NCBI GenBank assembly: GCA_963801355.1
Contig: CAWDEM010000008.1
Coordinates: 2,432,001 to 2,496,000, forward strand
Length of the DNA stretch: 64,000 nucleotides
Direction: 5' to 3'
Origin: Ignavibacteriota bacterium
GTDB taxonomy: Bacteria; Bacteroidota; Ignavibacteria; UBA10030; UBA6906
Below are positions 19,613 through 29,547 of the stretch, piece by piece (the stretch's first letter is position 1; each line of letters opens with the position of its first letter). The notes below the pieces were generated by a model. That model was not told the origin of the DNA. It was given only the letters and a program-made list of their open reading frames with translations, and did not search any database. The position numbers were made by a program, and so were the translations under genes.

Positions 19613-19810
19613 CCTCTTCCGATGATGTTCGCTGCCCGTAACCAGTCATTTTAAAAAGAGTTATACGTAAACAACAAATTCCGACGACCGATGAGACATA
19701 TGACAAAAAGGCACAAGAAGCCAAATATACGCCAATATGACCGATTCGCTGCCAATTTGGCCTGAGTCTACTGCCTTGATTCTCATGCTTATGTTATTTA
19801 TATAGGATCC

Positions 19811-20611
19811 ATGATCAGTGCCGCAGATCTCAAGCAGGGCCTGAAATGCGGGCGATTTGGCGAAAGAATCCACGCTTTCGAAGTGATTGACTCGACCAAC
19901 ACGTTCGCCCGCTCGCTCGCGGCCGGTGGCGCATCCGAAGGGACGCTGGTTGTGGCAGAGGAACAAACTGCCGGCAAAGGGAGATTGGGCCGCAGGTGGT
20001 TGGCCCAGCCCGGGGAGAATCTGACATTCTCGCTGATCCTCCGCCCCTCTATCGCCCCCTCCTGCATCAATCTCCTTCCCCTGGGCGTCGCCGTTGCTGT
20101 CGCTCATGGAGTCCAACGTGCCACCGAGCTCAAGGTATACTGCAAGTGGCCCAACGACCTGCTTCTCCGTGGAAAGAAGGTCGCGGGAATACTGATGGAG
20201 AGTGTCTACGGAAAGCGTGGACTCGACTTCGTCGTGGTGGGCATCGGCATCAATGTGAATCAGCGTACCTTCCCGGTCGAGGTAGGCCCGCGGGCGACTT
20301 CACTGGCGCTGCACCTGCACGCGCCCGTCGATCGGATCGCGCTCTTCAGGTCGGTGCTCGAATCCCTTGAAGAAGAGTACGACGCAATGACTTCCGCGGG
20401 TTTTCAGAACATCCTGCCCGCCTGGCTGGAACTTGCCCCCATGATCGGCACACGGATCTCCGCCGACATGCAGGGAACAACCGTGACCGGAATCGTTCGC
20501 GGCGTTACGCCCGAGGGGGCACTTCTTCTGCACACGGAGGCCGGCGACCATACGCTCTTCGCCGGCGATGTCACAATTCTCGAAATGGAATCCTATGCTC
20601 CTCGCAATTGA
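19811..20611 (+). CDS. birA: Biotin--[acetyl-CoA-carboxylase] ligase (no N-terminal HTH)
   Basis: DSTN, QTAGKGRLGRRW, KWPNDL and GIGINV motifs. Confidence 0.95.
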   Translation: MISAADLKQGLKCGRFGERIHAFEVIDSTNTFARSLAAGGASEGTLVVAEEQTAGKGRLGRRWLAQPGENLTFSLILRPSIAPSCINLLPLGVAVAVAHGVQRATELKVYCKWPNDLLLRGKKVAGILMESVYGKRGLDFVVVGIGINVNQRTFPVEVGPRATSLALHLHAPVDRIALFRSVLESLEEEYDAMTSAGFQNILPAWLELAPMIGTRISADMQGTTVTGIVRGVTPEGALLLHTEAGDHTLFAGDVTILEMESYAPRN

Positions 20612-21371
20612 CATCGGCAACACCCACACGGTCATCGGGGTCTACCGCCACACAACGCTCGTTGCCGACTGGCGCCTGGCAAGCCTGACCCACCGAACAG
20701 CAGACGAGAACTGGTTGACGCTCAAGAGTTTCTGTGCCGATGCCGGTATTGATCCGGCGGCCGTCACCGCCGTGGGCATTTCTTCCGTCGTCCCCGATCT
20801 CACGTTCGTGTTTGAACATCTCGCGCGCAAGCATTTCGCCGTCGAGCCGGTCACGATTTCAGGAGCTCTCGATTTTGGCATTCGCATCCTGTACAAGGAT
20901 CCTTCGGCGGTGGGTGCCGATCGCCTGTGTAACGCCGTCGCCGGCTTTGAAAGATACGGCGGCCCGCTGATCATCATCGACTTCGGTACCGCAACGACCT
21001 ATGATGTTGTTTCCGGCGAGGGTGACTATCTTGGCGGCGTCATCACGCTGGGGCTCGAGTCCACGGCACAGGAACTCCACCGCCGCGCCGCCAAGCTGCC
21101 CCGCATTGAGCTGCGGTTTCCCCCCTCGGCCATCGGAGATGATACTGCATCCAGTATGCAGTCAGGCGTGCTCTTCGGCGCAGTCGATGCAACGGAAGGC
21201 ATTGTGAAGCGGATCCGGGCCGAACTGGGTGGAACGGCACGGGTGATCGCCACCGGAGGGCTGGCCAGGATCATAGCAGCACACACCGCCGTCATCGAGG
21301 CGGTGGAGCCGTCTCTGGTACTGGATGGGATTCGGTTGATTCTGGAGAGGTTGGAGAGGAAGAGGCAATAG
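20595..21371 (+). CDS. coaX: Type III pantothenate kinase
   Basis: LAIDIGNT, GADR, IDFGTAT and ATGG motifs. Confidence 0.96.
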   Translation: MLLAIDIGNTHTVIGVYRHTTLVADWRLASLTHRTADENWLTLKSFCADAGIDPAAVTAVGISSVVPDLTFVFEHLARKHFAVEPVTISGALDFGIRILYKDPSAVGADRLCNAVAGFERYGGPLIIIDFGTATTYDVVSGEGDYLGGVITLGLESTAQELHRRAAKLPRIELRFPPSAIGDDTASSMQSGVLFGAVDATEGIVKRIRAELGGTARVIATGGLARIIAAHTAVIEAVEPSLVLDGIRLILERLERKRQ

Positions 21372-21484
21372 GCACGAGGCAATTGGCAATGGGCGAGAGA
21401 CGTTAGAGGCGGGCATGAGGCAATAGGCGTTGGGCGACAGGGGTGCCCCCCCTAATGCCTCGTGCCTAACGTCTCGTGCCTTCC
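21362..21484. repeat. Degenerate heptamer-repeat palindrome between convergent genes (copy 2)
   Basis: gaggcaa taggcac gaggcaa ttggcaa tgggcga ... gaggcaa taggcgt tgggcga, then inverted ctaatgc ctcgtgc ctaacgt ctcgtgc. Confidence 0.8.
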
Positions 21485-21488
21485 TTAC

Positions 21489-22997
21489 TTACGGCGTTCC
21501 GAAAATCTTCACCGATGCCTGCGCGAGATCCACTAGTGGCGTGAAATACAAACCGAGCAGGATCGTCGGCACAAGCAGGAGCACCACCAACACCCCTTCG
21601 AGCCGTGTCGTTGAAAGGGCCGGACCCGGTCGATCACCCGCACGCAGGAACGTATTCCGCAATACCCGCATGTAATAGTACAACGCCACGACGCTGTTCA
21701 GGGCACCGACGATTGCAAGCCAGACCCACTCATGATGTATCAGCGCCGCAAACAGATACAGCTTCCCGATGAAACCGGCCGTGGGGGGAAGACCGGTGAG
21801 TGAGATCAGGAAGATTGCCAGCGCCACAGTGAGAAATGGCGAGCGTGAGCCCAACCCCTTGTAGTCCTCGATATCCTCACTTCCCAGCTTGTTCGCAATC
21901 AACATCACGACGTAGAAGGCGCCGAGGTTCATGAAGAGGTAGATGACGAAATACAGCATCACCGCGGAGATACCGTCGGTGCTCAAGACCACCAGACCCA
22001 TGAGCATATAGCCTGCATGGGCGATGCTGGAATACGCCAGCAACCGCTTCAGGTTGTTTTGCCAGATGGCAATCAGGTTGCCGACCGTCATAGTCAGCAC
22101 GGAAAGCAGGACCACGATCTGCCGCCAGTCGAACCCGGGCAGGATGGCCCAGGCCCCAACGGGCAATGCCACGGCGGCGGTATCAACGAAGGTCACCTTG
22201 AAGAACCGGATCAGCAGGGCAAACCCGCCGGCTTTCGACGCCACGGACAGGAATGCTGTGATGGTGATCGGTGCGCCCTCGTACACGTCGGGCGCCCAGA
22301 AGTGGAACGGGACGGCCGAGATCTTGTACCCGAGTCCGGCGATAATCAGCATTCCTGCCATTGCCAGGACGAGGATGGGAGACCCTCCGCTCGCAATGAC
22401 CGCCGGGAGTGCATGGTTGATCTCCGCGAATCCCAGGAATCCCGTGAGACCATAGACCAGGGAGATGCCGTAGACCATCAGGCCTGACGAGACGGCGCCG
22501 TAAATCACGTACTTGAGTGCAGCCTCGCTCGAATCCGGCGCCTCGCGCGTATATCCCGAAAGGAGATACGAGCTGATAGACGACAGCTCGATCGTCAGAT
22601 ACATCATCAACAAGTTGCTGGCACCTACCATCAGCATGATGCCGAGTGTCAGGGCAACCAGCAGCACATAATACTCACCCATCTTGCGGCCCGGGATATT
22701 CAACTCTGCGGAGCCGAGAGAAAACACCGTTACCAGCAGGGCGGCCAGCAGCACCAGGAGTTTGAAGAACCAGGCGAAGGGATCCACCGACAGCATGCCG
22801 CTGAAGACGGCAGCATGTGCACCCGTTTGCCCGAGGACGAAACCGCCGGTGACGATCAGCCCCACCACCGCAAGCCCGGCCACCATTACGGCATTGCGCC
22901 GGAAGATGAGATCGGCGATCAGCGTCACGAGCAGCGTGACGGTCAGCGCCACCTCAGGAGTTATCAGCGCGAGATCTTGGAGAAGTCGAGCGGCCAT
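21489..22997 (-). CDS. nuoN: NADH-quinone oxidoreductase subunit N
   Basis: EAALKY, KISAVPFHFWAPDVYEGAP and KRLLAYSSIAHAGY motifs. Confidence 0.95.
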   Translation of the reverse strand: MAARLLQDLALITPEVALTVTLLVTLIADLIFRRNAVMVAGLAVVGLIVTGGFVLGQTGAHAAVFSGMLSVDPFAWFFKLLVLLAALLVTVFSLGSAELNIPGRKMGEYYVLLVALTLGIMLMVGASNLLMMYLTIELSSISSYLLSGYTREAPDSSEAALKYVIYGAVSSGLMVYGISLVYGLTGFLGFAEINHALPAVIASGGSPILVLAMAGMLIIAGLGYKISAVPFHFWAPDVYEGAPITITAFLSVASKAGGFALLIRFFKVTFVDTAAVALPVGAWAILPGFDWRQIVVLLSVLTMTVGNLIAIWQNNLKRLLAYSSIAHAGYMLMGLVVLSTDGISAVMLYFVIYLFMNLGAFYVVMLIANKLGSEDIEDYKGLGSRSPFLTVALAIFLISLTGLPPTAGFIGKLYLFAALIHHEWVWLAIVGALNSVVALYYYMRVLRNTFLRAGDRPGPALSTTRLEGVLVVLLLVPTILLGLYFTPLVDLAQASVKIFGTP

Positions 22998-23000
22998 GGA

Positions 23001-24638
23001 TTAGTGTACTCCCATCATGCCCTGTGCGCCGGCACTCTGGAGAATACCGGCCAGAGAATTCAACGAGGTACTCATCAGGTCCAGCACCGGAGACGGATAG
23101 ATGCCGAGGAAAATGACGATGACGGCAAGTGTCGCGAGCATAAGGGTCTCGCGCCCGTTCATATCCGTCAGACCCTGCCATTTCTCGGGCAGCGTCCCCA
23201 GGAACACCCGTTGCAACACCCAGAGCATGTAGCCCGCGGTCAGGACGATGGTGACGGCACCGATAATCGTCAGGGTCGGGAATGTCCGGAAGGCGCCCAG
23301 CAGGGAAAAGACCTCGCTGATAAAACCGCTGAGGCCCGGCAGACCGAGTGCCGCAAAGAAGGCAATGGTCATCACGGCAGCGTACCGGGGCATTTTGTTC
23401 ATAAGCCCGCCGAACTCGTTCAGCCCGCGCGTGTGGGCACGATCATAGATCACGCCCACGATGAGAAAGAGCATCGCGGTAATGGTCCCGTGATTGAACA
23501 TCTGGAACACCGCACCCGTCATCCCCTGGGTGTTCATCGAGGCCAGGCCGAGCGTGACAATGCCCATGTGACTGACGCTCGAATAGGCAATGAGCTTCTT
23601 GAAATCCGTCTGTGCCATCGCCACCAGGGCACCATAGATCATGCTGATCACCCCCAGCAATGCAAGCTCCCACGAGAAGTAGCGCATCGCATCAGGGAAG
23701 ATCGGAAAACTGACTCTCAGCAAGCCATAGGCGCCCATTTTCAGAAGAACGCCCGCCAGGATGACGCTGATCGCCGTCGGTGCCTCCACATGGGCGTCCG
23801 GAAGCCAGGTGTGGAAAGGGAACGCGGGAATTTTGATGGCGAATCCGATGAACAGCGCAACGTACGCGATATAGCGCCAGGTCGTCCCCCATCCGCCGAG
23901 CAGCGACCCCGGTATGAAGTTCTGCTGATCGGTCATCGCCAGCAGATTGAATGTATGGATCCTCTCCAGGCCCTGGGCACCGTTCTTCATGGCGTCAGCT
24001 GTGGAGATGATGGTACCGGCCGGGTCAATGAACACATTCGTGCTGAAATAGAGTGCCAGCATGGCCAGCAGCATCAGCACGCTCCCGAGCAACGTATACA
24101 GAAAGAACTTGATCGCGGCATACTCGCGTCGCGGGCCGCCCCACACACCGATCAGGAAATACATCGGCAGGAGCATGAGTTCCCAGAACACGTAGAAGAG
24201 GAAGAAGTCGAGGGCGACGAACACACCCATCATGCCGGTATCCAGGAGCAGGAACAGGGCGAAGTATCCTTTGACCGATTTTTCGATCGTCCACGACGAA
24301 ATGGTCGCGATCCACGACACGAGCGCGGTCAGCAGCACCATCACCACACTGATCCCGTCAATCCCCAGGAAGTATTCGATGTGCACCCGCCCGAACCAGG
24401 CAACGCTCTTGACGTCGATCCAGCTGCCCTGCTGGACGAACTGCATGCCGGCGAAGCTGCGGTCGAAACGTGCGAAGATGATGACCGCCAGCACCACCTG
24501 CAGCGTTGTGAAGCCCAGCGAGGTCCAGCGGATAGCGCCGTTGTTCCCCTTGGGCAGCAACAACACGGTCACCATACCCACGATGGGCAGGAATGTGATC
24601 CAGGTCAGGATTCCGATACCGAGAATAGTGAATTCCAT
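23001..24638 (-). CDS. nuoM: NADH-quinone oxidoreductase subunit M
   Basis: FYVFWE, PFHTWLPDAHVEAPT and LIAYSSVSHMG motifs. Confidence 0.95.
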   Translation of the reverse strand: MEFTILGIGILTWITFLPIVGMVTVLLLPKGNNGAIRWTSLGFTTLQVVLAVIIFARFDRSFAGMQFVQQGSWIDVKSVAWFGRVHIEYFLGIDGISVVMVLLTALVSWIATISSWTIEKSVKGYFALFLLLDTGMMGVFVALDFFLFYVFWELMLLPMYFLIGVWGGPRREYAAIKFFLYTLLGSVLMLLAMLALYFSTNVFIDPAGTIISTADAMKNGAQGLERIHTFNLLAMTDQQNFIPGSLLGGWGTTWRYIAYVALFIGFAIKIPAFPFHTWLPDAHVEAPTAISVILAGVLLKMGAYGLLRVSFPIFPDAMRYFSWELALLGVISMIYGALVAMAQTDFKKLIAYSSVSHMGIVTLGLASMNTQGMTGAVFQMFNHGTITAMLFLIVGVIYDRAHTRGLNEFGGLMNKMPRYAAVMTIAFFAALGLPGLSGFISEVFSLLGAFRTFPTLTIIGAVTIVLTAGYMLWVLQRVFLGTLPEKWQGLTDMNGRETLMLATLAVIVIFLGIYPSPVLDLMSTSLNSLAGILQSAGAQGMMGVH

Positions 24639-24678
24639 GAACGAAGTATCCTCCAGGAGTTACGCGTGCATATCGGTG

Positions 24679-26751
24679 TCAAACAACACGAAATACGAAA
24701 TAGAGAATGAGCACACTGAGGACAGCGTACATCACATAGGTCTGCACCTTGCCGGTCTGCACCTTGCGGAACACGAGGCCGATGAAGCCGGAGAGGTACG
24801 CCAGGAGATTGACAAAGCCGTCGATCACGATTGAGTCAAACTTGCCGCTGACGAAGGAGGTCAGCGTGGTCAGCCAGCCGGCGCCGTTCACCGTGCCGTC
24901 AATGATCGTATCGTCCACCCACCGTAACCCGCGTGTCAGGGCGTGTGTCCCGCCCACAACAACGGTATTATACAGGTCGTCGAAACCCCACTTGTTCATC
25001 AGGAACGCATGCACGGGTGCCATGCGCGATGCGACTGCGTCGGGGCTGATCTTCTTCCAGTAGTATGTCGCGAACGCCACGAGAATTCCCGCACCCGCAA
25101 CGAGCAATGACAGTGCCATGGCCGTTCCGTGCGCGTGATGCAGTGCCTCCGCAAACACTTCCCTTCCCGGTGCGGCGAGCGCTCCCGGGACCACGGAGAG
25201 GGGCCGTTCAATGGCCTTCGCGATCCAGCCGCCGGAAGCATTCAGCGGATTCAGACTGAACACCGCGAATGTCGAGAGAACGGCGAGTATGATCAGCGGG
25301 ACCGTCATCACCCCGGGCGATTCGTGCAGATGGGCACGACGTTGCACATCCGTGTGCTCACCGAGAAATGTCAGGATGACGACACGGAACATGTAAAACG
25401 CGGTCAGTCCGGCCACCAGAAAACCGACAATCGGAATGAGGACATGACCGGTGAGGCTGCCGTAGGCCAGGGTACCCGCCAGAATCTCATCTTTGCTGAG
25501 GAATCCGGAGGTCAGGGGAACACCGGAAATCGACAGAGTGTACACGACAAACGTCCAGAATGTCACCGGCAGGTAGTCCCGCAGACCGCCCATATTCCGG
25601 ATATCCTGGGCGTCGGTGAGATGATCCTTCTGGTGATGGAGCGCTGCATGCATCGCGTGAATCACCGACCCAGCTGCCAGAAAGAGACCCGCTTTGAACA
25701 TCGCATGCGTGACCAGGTGGAAGAACCCCGCCGTATATGCGCCCACACCGAGACCCATCACCATGTAGCCGAGCTGGCTGATGGTGGAATAGGCCAGCAC
25801 TTTCTTGATGTCATTCTGGACGATGGCGATGGTCGCCGCAATGAACGCGGTCGTTGCACCGATGTAAGCGATCACCATCAGGGCATCCGCGGTCATCAGC
25901 GGGAATGTCCGCGCGATAAGATAGACCCCCGCGGCAACCATCGTCGCAGCATGAATCAACGCGCTCACCGGCGTGGGACCTTCCATCGCATCCGGGAGCC
26001 ACACGTGCAACGGAAACTGGGCGGACTTGCCGACGGCGCCGCAGAAGAGGAGGATCCCCGCGGCGGTCAGCCAGTTCTGGCTTCCGTACGGGAGCGTGCC
26101 CGCACCAATACCGGAGAACATCTGCTGCAAATTGAAGGTGCCGAACGTGGTGAACAGAATTGCCATCCCGATAAAGAACCCGACGTCGCCGATGCGATTC
26201 GTGATGAACGCTTTGATCCCCGCATCCGACGCGCTCTTCTTCTCATACCAGTGACCGATCAGCAGATACGAACTGATGCCCACCAGCTCCCATCCGACAT
26301 ACAGCAGGAACAGGTTATTGGCGAGGACGATCATCAACATGGAGAAGGAGAAGAGGCCCAGGTAGCCGAAGTACCGCGAGTAGCGTACGTCATCGTGCAT
26401 ATACCCGATGGAAAAGAAGTGCACCAGGGTGCTGATGAGGGCAACCACGGTCATCGTGATCGCGGCCAGGTTGTCGACGGAGAAGCCGAGAACGATCTTC
26501 AGCGGTCCGATGCCCGGCGCTTCGTGAAGGTCCACCCACGTGAAGTTGAAGTCCAGGGTCTCGGTGGGAAACGCCGTGAGCTTCTGCACCAGCACGGTAA
26601 TTGAGGCCGCGAGCGCGGCGGTGATGACGGCGGTCTCAAACCAGTCTCCCTGCCGTGGAAGTCTCTTGCCGAAAAACATCATCAGCACAAACCCGGCAAG
26701 CGGGAGCACGAGAACAACGAGCGAAAGGGTGATCAGGGTGTCAGGCGACAT
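24679..26751 (-). CDS. nuoL: NADH-quinone oxidoreductase subunit L
   Basis: GKSAQFPLHVWLPDAMEGPTPVSALIHAATMV and HAMFKA motifs. Confidence 0.96.
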   Translation of the reverse strand: MSPDTLITLSLVVLVLPLAGFVLMMFFGKRLPRQGDWFETAVITAALAASITVLVQKLTAFPTETLDFNFTWVDLHEAPGIGPLKIVLGFSVDNLAAITMTVVALISTLVHFFSIGYMHDDVRYSRYFGYLGLFSFSMLMIVLANNLFLLYVGWELVGISSYLLIGHWYEKKSASDAGIKAFITNRIGDVGFFIGMAILFTTFGTFNLQQMFSGIGAGTLPYGSQNWLTAAGILLFCGAVGKSAQFPLHVWLPDAMEGPTPVSALIHAATMVAAGVYLIARTFPLMTADALMVIAYIGATTAFIAATIAIVQNDIKKVLAYSTISQLGYMVMGLGVGAYTAGFFHLVTHAMFKAGLFLAAGSVIHAMHAALHHQKDHLTDAQDIRNMGGLRDYLPVTFWTFVVYTLSISGVPLTSGFLSKDEILAGTLAYGSLTGHVLIPIVGFLVAGLTAFYMFRVVILTFLGEHTDVQRRAHLHESPGVMTVPLIILAVLSTFAVFSLNPLNASGGWIAKAIERPLSVVPGALAAPGREVFAEALHHAHGTAMALSLLVAGAGILVAFATYYWKKISPDAVASRMAPVHAFLMNKWGFDDLYNTVVVGGTHALTRGLRWVDDTIIDGTVNGAGWLTTLTSFVSGKFDSIVIDGFVNLLAYLSGFIGLVFRKVQTGKVQTYVMYAVLSVLILYFVFRVV

Positions 26752-26802
26752 AACAATCGGCAGTCAGTGGTCAGTACTCAGTGGCCGGATCTTCGGGAGC
26801 CG

Positions 26803-27150
26803 TTATTCCTTCAACGAACTGATTTCATCCACGTTAACGGTCTGGAACCGGTGATAGATGTTCAGCACAATAGCCAGGGCCACCGCAGCTTCTGCAGCGG
26901 CGAGGATGATGACGAAAATGGCGGCAACCTGCCCGTCCAGATTCACGCCGCCGTAACGGGCAAAAGCGATGAGATTGAGATTCGCCGCATTCAGCACGAG
27001 TTCGAGCCCCATGAGCACGAGAATGGCATTCCGGCGCGTTACCATAGCCAGGAGCCCCAGGGTGAAGAGCACGGCGCTGACCATGAGAAAATGGGCAAGC
27101 TGGACGTGCGGCAGCCAATCAAGGAAATTCGACAATACCGAAGAGTTCAT
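26803..27150 (-). CDS. nuoK: NADH-quinone oxidoreductase subunit K
   Basis: RRNAILVLMGLELVLNA and AAAEAAVALA motifs. Confidence 0.95.
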   Translation of the reverse strand: MNSSVLSNFLDWLPHVQLAHFLMVSAVLFTLGLLAMVTRRNAILVLMGLELVLNAANLNLIAFARYGGVNLDGQVAAIFVIILAAAEAAVALAIVLNIYHRFQTVNVDEISSLKE

Positions 27151-27161
27151 GAAGGCAACCC

Positions 27162-27668
27162 TTATGACAGTTTCTTTGTCCGGCGTGCAATGAACGCAGC
27201 ACCGACCATGGCAACAAGCAGCACCACAGAAGCCACTTCAAATGGCAGGGCGTACGAGGTCATCAGCATTTCGCCGATGCGTCCGGCGGTCGACGTCAGT
27301 GTGGCGGGAGGAGCCGTGACGGTGCTCCACGTCGCATAGAACACACCTGCGAGAGACCCGAACACGATTGCGGCAAGTATCACCGCCGGAATCATGTGGA
27401 TGGTCCCCGTTTTCATATCCACGCTGATCACCTTGTTCGTCAGCATCACACCAAAGAGCAGCAATGTGAGAATGCCTCCGACATACACGAGGATCTGTGC
27501 GACCGCGACAAAATCCGCCGCCAGGAGTACATAGAATCCCGCCACACCGAAAAACGTGAAGAGAAGAGAGAAGGCGGCATACACAATGTTCTTCGAAAAT
27601 ACCACGATGGCGGCGGATCCGATCGTGATAATAGCGAAGAGATAGAAGATCAGGTCGAATGTTTCCAT
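27162..27668 (-). CDS. nuoJ: NADH-quinone oxidoreductase subunit J
   Basis: QILVYVGGI and PFEVASVVLL motifs. Confidence 0.95.
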   Translation of the reverse strand: METFDLIFYLFAIITIGSAAIVVFSKNIVYAAFSLLFTFFGVAGFYVLLAADFVAVAQILVYVGGILTLLLFGVMLTNKVISVDMKTGTIHMIPAVILAAIVFGSLAGVFYATWSTVTAPPATLTSTAGRIGEMLMTSYALPFEVASVVLLVAMVGAAFIARRTKKLS

Positions 27669-27671
27669 AAC

Positions 27672-28427
27672 CTACTCTTTCTTCGGTGGCGGCTGGGGAG
27701 GAACAGCCTTCGGTGCAGGTGCCGGAGCAGGCACAGGCGCAGCTACGGGTGCAGGCGCCGAAGCAGGCACAGGCGCAGCTGCGGGTGCCGGTGCAGGCGC
27801 AGCCACAGGTGCCGGTGCAGCTACAGGCGCAGGTGCAGCTACGTTCGCAGATGCAGGCGCAGGTGCCGGTGAAGGCATGGGGACAGGTGCAGCGGCGGCC
27901 TTTGCAGCGGCCGCTGCCGCTTTCTTGGCCGCTTGCTCCTTATCGTAGGCCACAAGCTTGATCTTGGCCTGGTCGGCCTCGGTCGGTGTCATGACTGCAA
28001 ACGAGTAGATCAGTCTCTCCCGGTCAAACTCGGAGAACTCGTACACATCAGTCATCTTAATGCATTCCGTCGGACAGGGAGGCACGCACAGGCCGCAATA
28101 GCAGCACTTGGCGATATCGATATCGAATCGTGGAACGTACAGTCGCTTCTTTGTTCCTACCGACGTCAGGCCGAGATCGACATCGGGCGTCGACTTGATG
28201 GTCTCAATGGTGATGCAGTCCACTGGACATGCCATCGCGCATTGATCGCAACCGATGCAGTCGTCGATGTTGACATACAGCCGGTTGCGGGCACGTTCCG
28301 GCAGCTTGAGTTTGACGTCGGGATATTGGATGGTGACGGCGGGCGTGAACAGATGCTTCCACGTCACCTTCATCCCGATCAGCGCGGTCACCAGACCGTC
28401 ATAGACATTGCGAAAATAGCTGCTCAT
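27672..28427 (-). CDS. nuoI: NADH-quinone oxidoreductase subunit I with Ala/Pro-rich C-terminal extension
   Basis: TIQYP and two CxxCxxCxxxCP 4Fe-4S motifs; position in the operon. Confidence 0.93.
   Translation of the reverse strand: MSSYFRNVYDGLVTALIGMKVTWKHLFTPAVTIQYPDVKLKLPERARNRLYVNIDDCIGCDQCAMACPVDCITIETIKSTPDVDLGLTSVGTKKRLYVPRFDIDIAKCCYCGLCVPPCPTECIKMTDVYEFSEFDRERLIYSFAVMTPTEADQAKIKLVAYDKEQAAKKAAAAAAKAAAAPVPMPSPAPAPASANVAAPAPVAAPAPVAAPAPAPAAAPVPASAPAPVAAPVPAPAPAPKAVPPQPPPKKE
27710..27900 (-). repeat. Degenerate 18-bp repeats encoding (APAPVA)n
   Basis: Units like gcaggcgcagctacaggt; protein AAPAPVAAPAPVAAPAPAPAAAPVPASAPAPV. Confidence 0.8.
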
Positions 28428-28479
28428 TCCTCAGAGTCCGTTTGATGCGATACAATCGTACGCCGGCCCCGGCACCGCC

Positions 28480-29502
28480 TTACTGCAAGGCGAGCATCCA
28501 GACGCCAACGCCCAGGATAAGCACAAAGGAAAACGGTATCAGGACCTTCCATCCTACGTACATCAACTGGTCGACGCGCACGCGCGGCAGCGTCCACCGC
28601 AACCACATCTGCACAAAGACGAACGTCATGCCTTTCAACAAAAACCAGAATGCACCCCACCAGGGCCCCGACATGAAGTCCCCGAACGGACTATTCCACC
28701 CGCCCAGGAACAACGTCGTAGCGATGGCACTCACGGCGAACATGTTGGCATATTCGGAAAGAAACAGCAGTGCGAACCGCATACCGGCATATTCTGTATG
28801 ATACCCGCCCACAAGTTCCGACTCCGCTTCCGGGATGTCAAACGGCGTGCGGTTCACTTCTGCCAGAGACGCAGTGAAATAGATGATGAGGGCGCAGAAC
28901 AGAAAAGGAAATTTCTGGAACATGAACCAGTTCCAGAACATGCCGCTTTGCGCGGTATTGATCTCCTGCAGGTTTAGTGTGCCCGCGACCATCACCACCG
29001 TCAGGATCGCCAGCGCCACGGGAATCTCGTAACTCACAATCTGTGCAGCAGAACGCAATGCGCCGTAGAGGGACCATTTGTTGTTCGAAGCCCAACCTGC
29101 CATCAGCAAACCCACGACGGCAATCGAGGAAATCGAAATGAAATAGAACAGGCCGACATTGATGTCGCTTCCCGCGTAGGCCGCACTGAACGGCACAACC
29201 GCATACGCCGCATAGGCCCCGCCAAAAACAATGTAGGGTGCAAGTTTGAACAGTCTACTGTCCGCCGCGGTCGGGATAATATCCTCTTTCATGATGAGTT
29301 TGAGGATGTCGGCAATTGTCTGTATCGAACCGTGCCACCCCGCCTTCATCGGACCCAGACGGTCCTGCATGTGAGCGGAGATTTTCCGCTCCCACCATAC
29401 GGCAAAGAGGGCGAACGGGATTACCCAGACGAGCGGAACAAGTGCCATCAGGGTATACACGAGGATCTCGTTCTGCAGAACGCCAACAAGGAAGTCTTTC
29501 AT
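28480..29502 (-). CDS. nuoH: NADH-quinone oxidoreductase subunit H
   Basis: [14 protein letters not shown] and [25 protein letters not shown] motifs. Confidence 0.97.
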   Translation of the reverse strand: MKDFLVGVLQNEILVYTLMALVPLVWVIPFALFAVWWERKISAHMQDRLGPMKAGWHGSIQTIADILKLIMKEDIIPTAADSRLFKLAPYIVFGGAYAAYAVVPFSAAYAGSDINVGLFYFISISSIAVVGLLMAGWASNNKWSLYGALRSAAQIVSYEIPVALAILTVVMVAGTLNLQEINTAQSGMFWNWFMFQKFPFLFCALIIYFTASLAEVNRTPFDIPEAESELVGGYHTEYAGMRFALLFLSEYANMFAVSAIATTLFLGGWNSPFGDFMSGPWWGAFWFLLKGMTFVFVQMWLRWTLPRVRVDQLMYVGWKVLIPFSFVLILGVGVWMLALQ

Positions 29503-29547
29503 GAGGATCCGGGGTCTAGGGTCTGGTATTTCGGGCCTGCTGCGCCG

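Noticed and set aside
22815-26604. 631-aa and 491-aa plus-strand ORFs
   Set aside because: Antisense to nuoM/nuoL; shadow ORFs.
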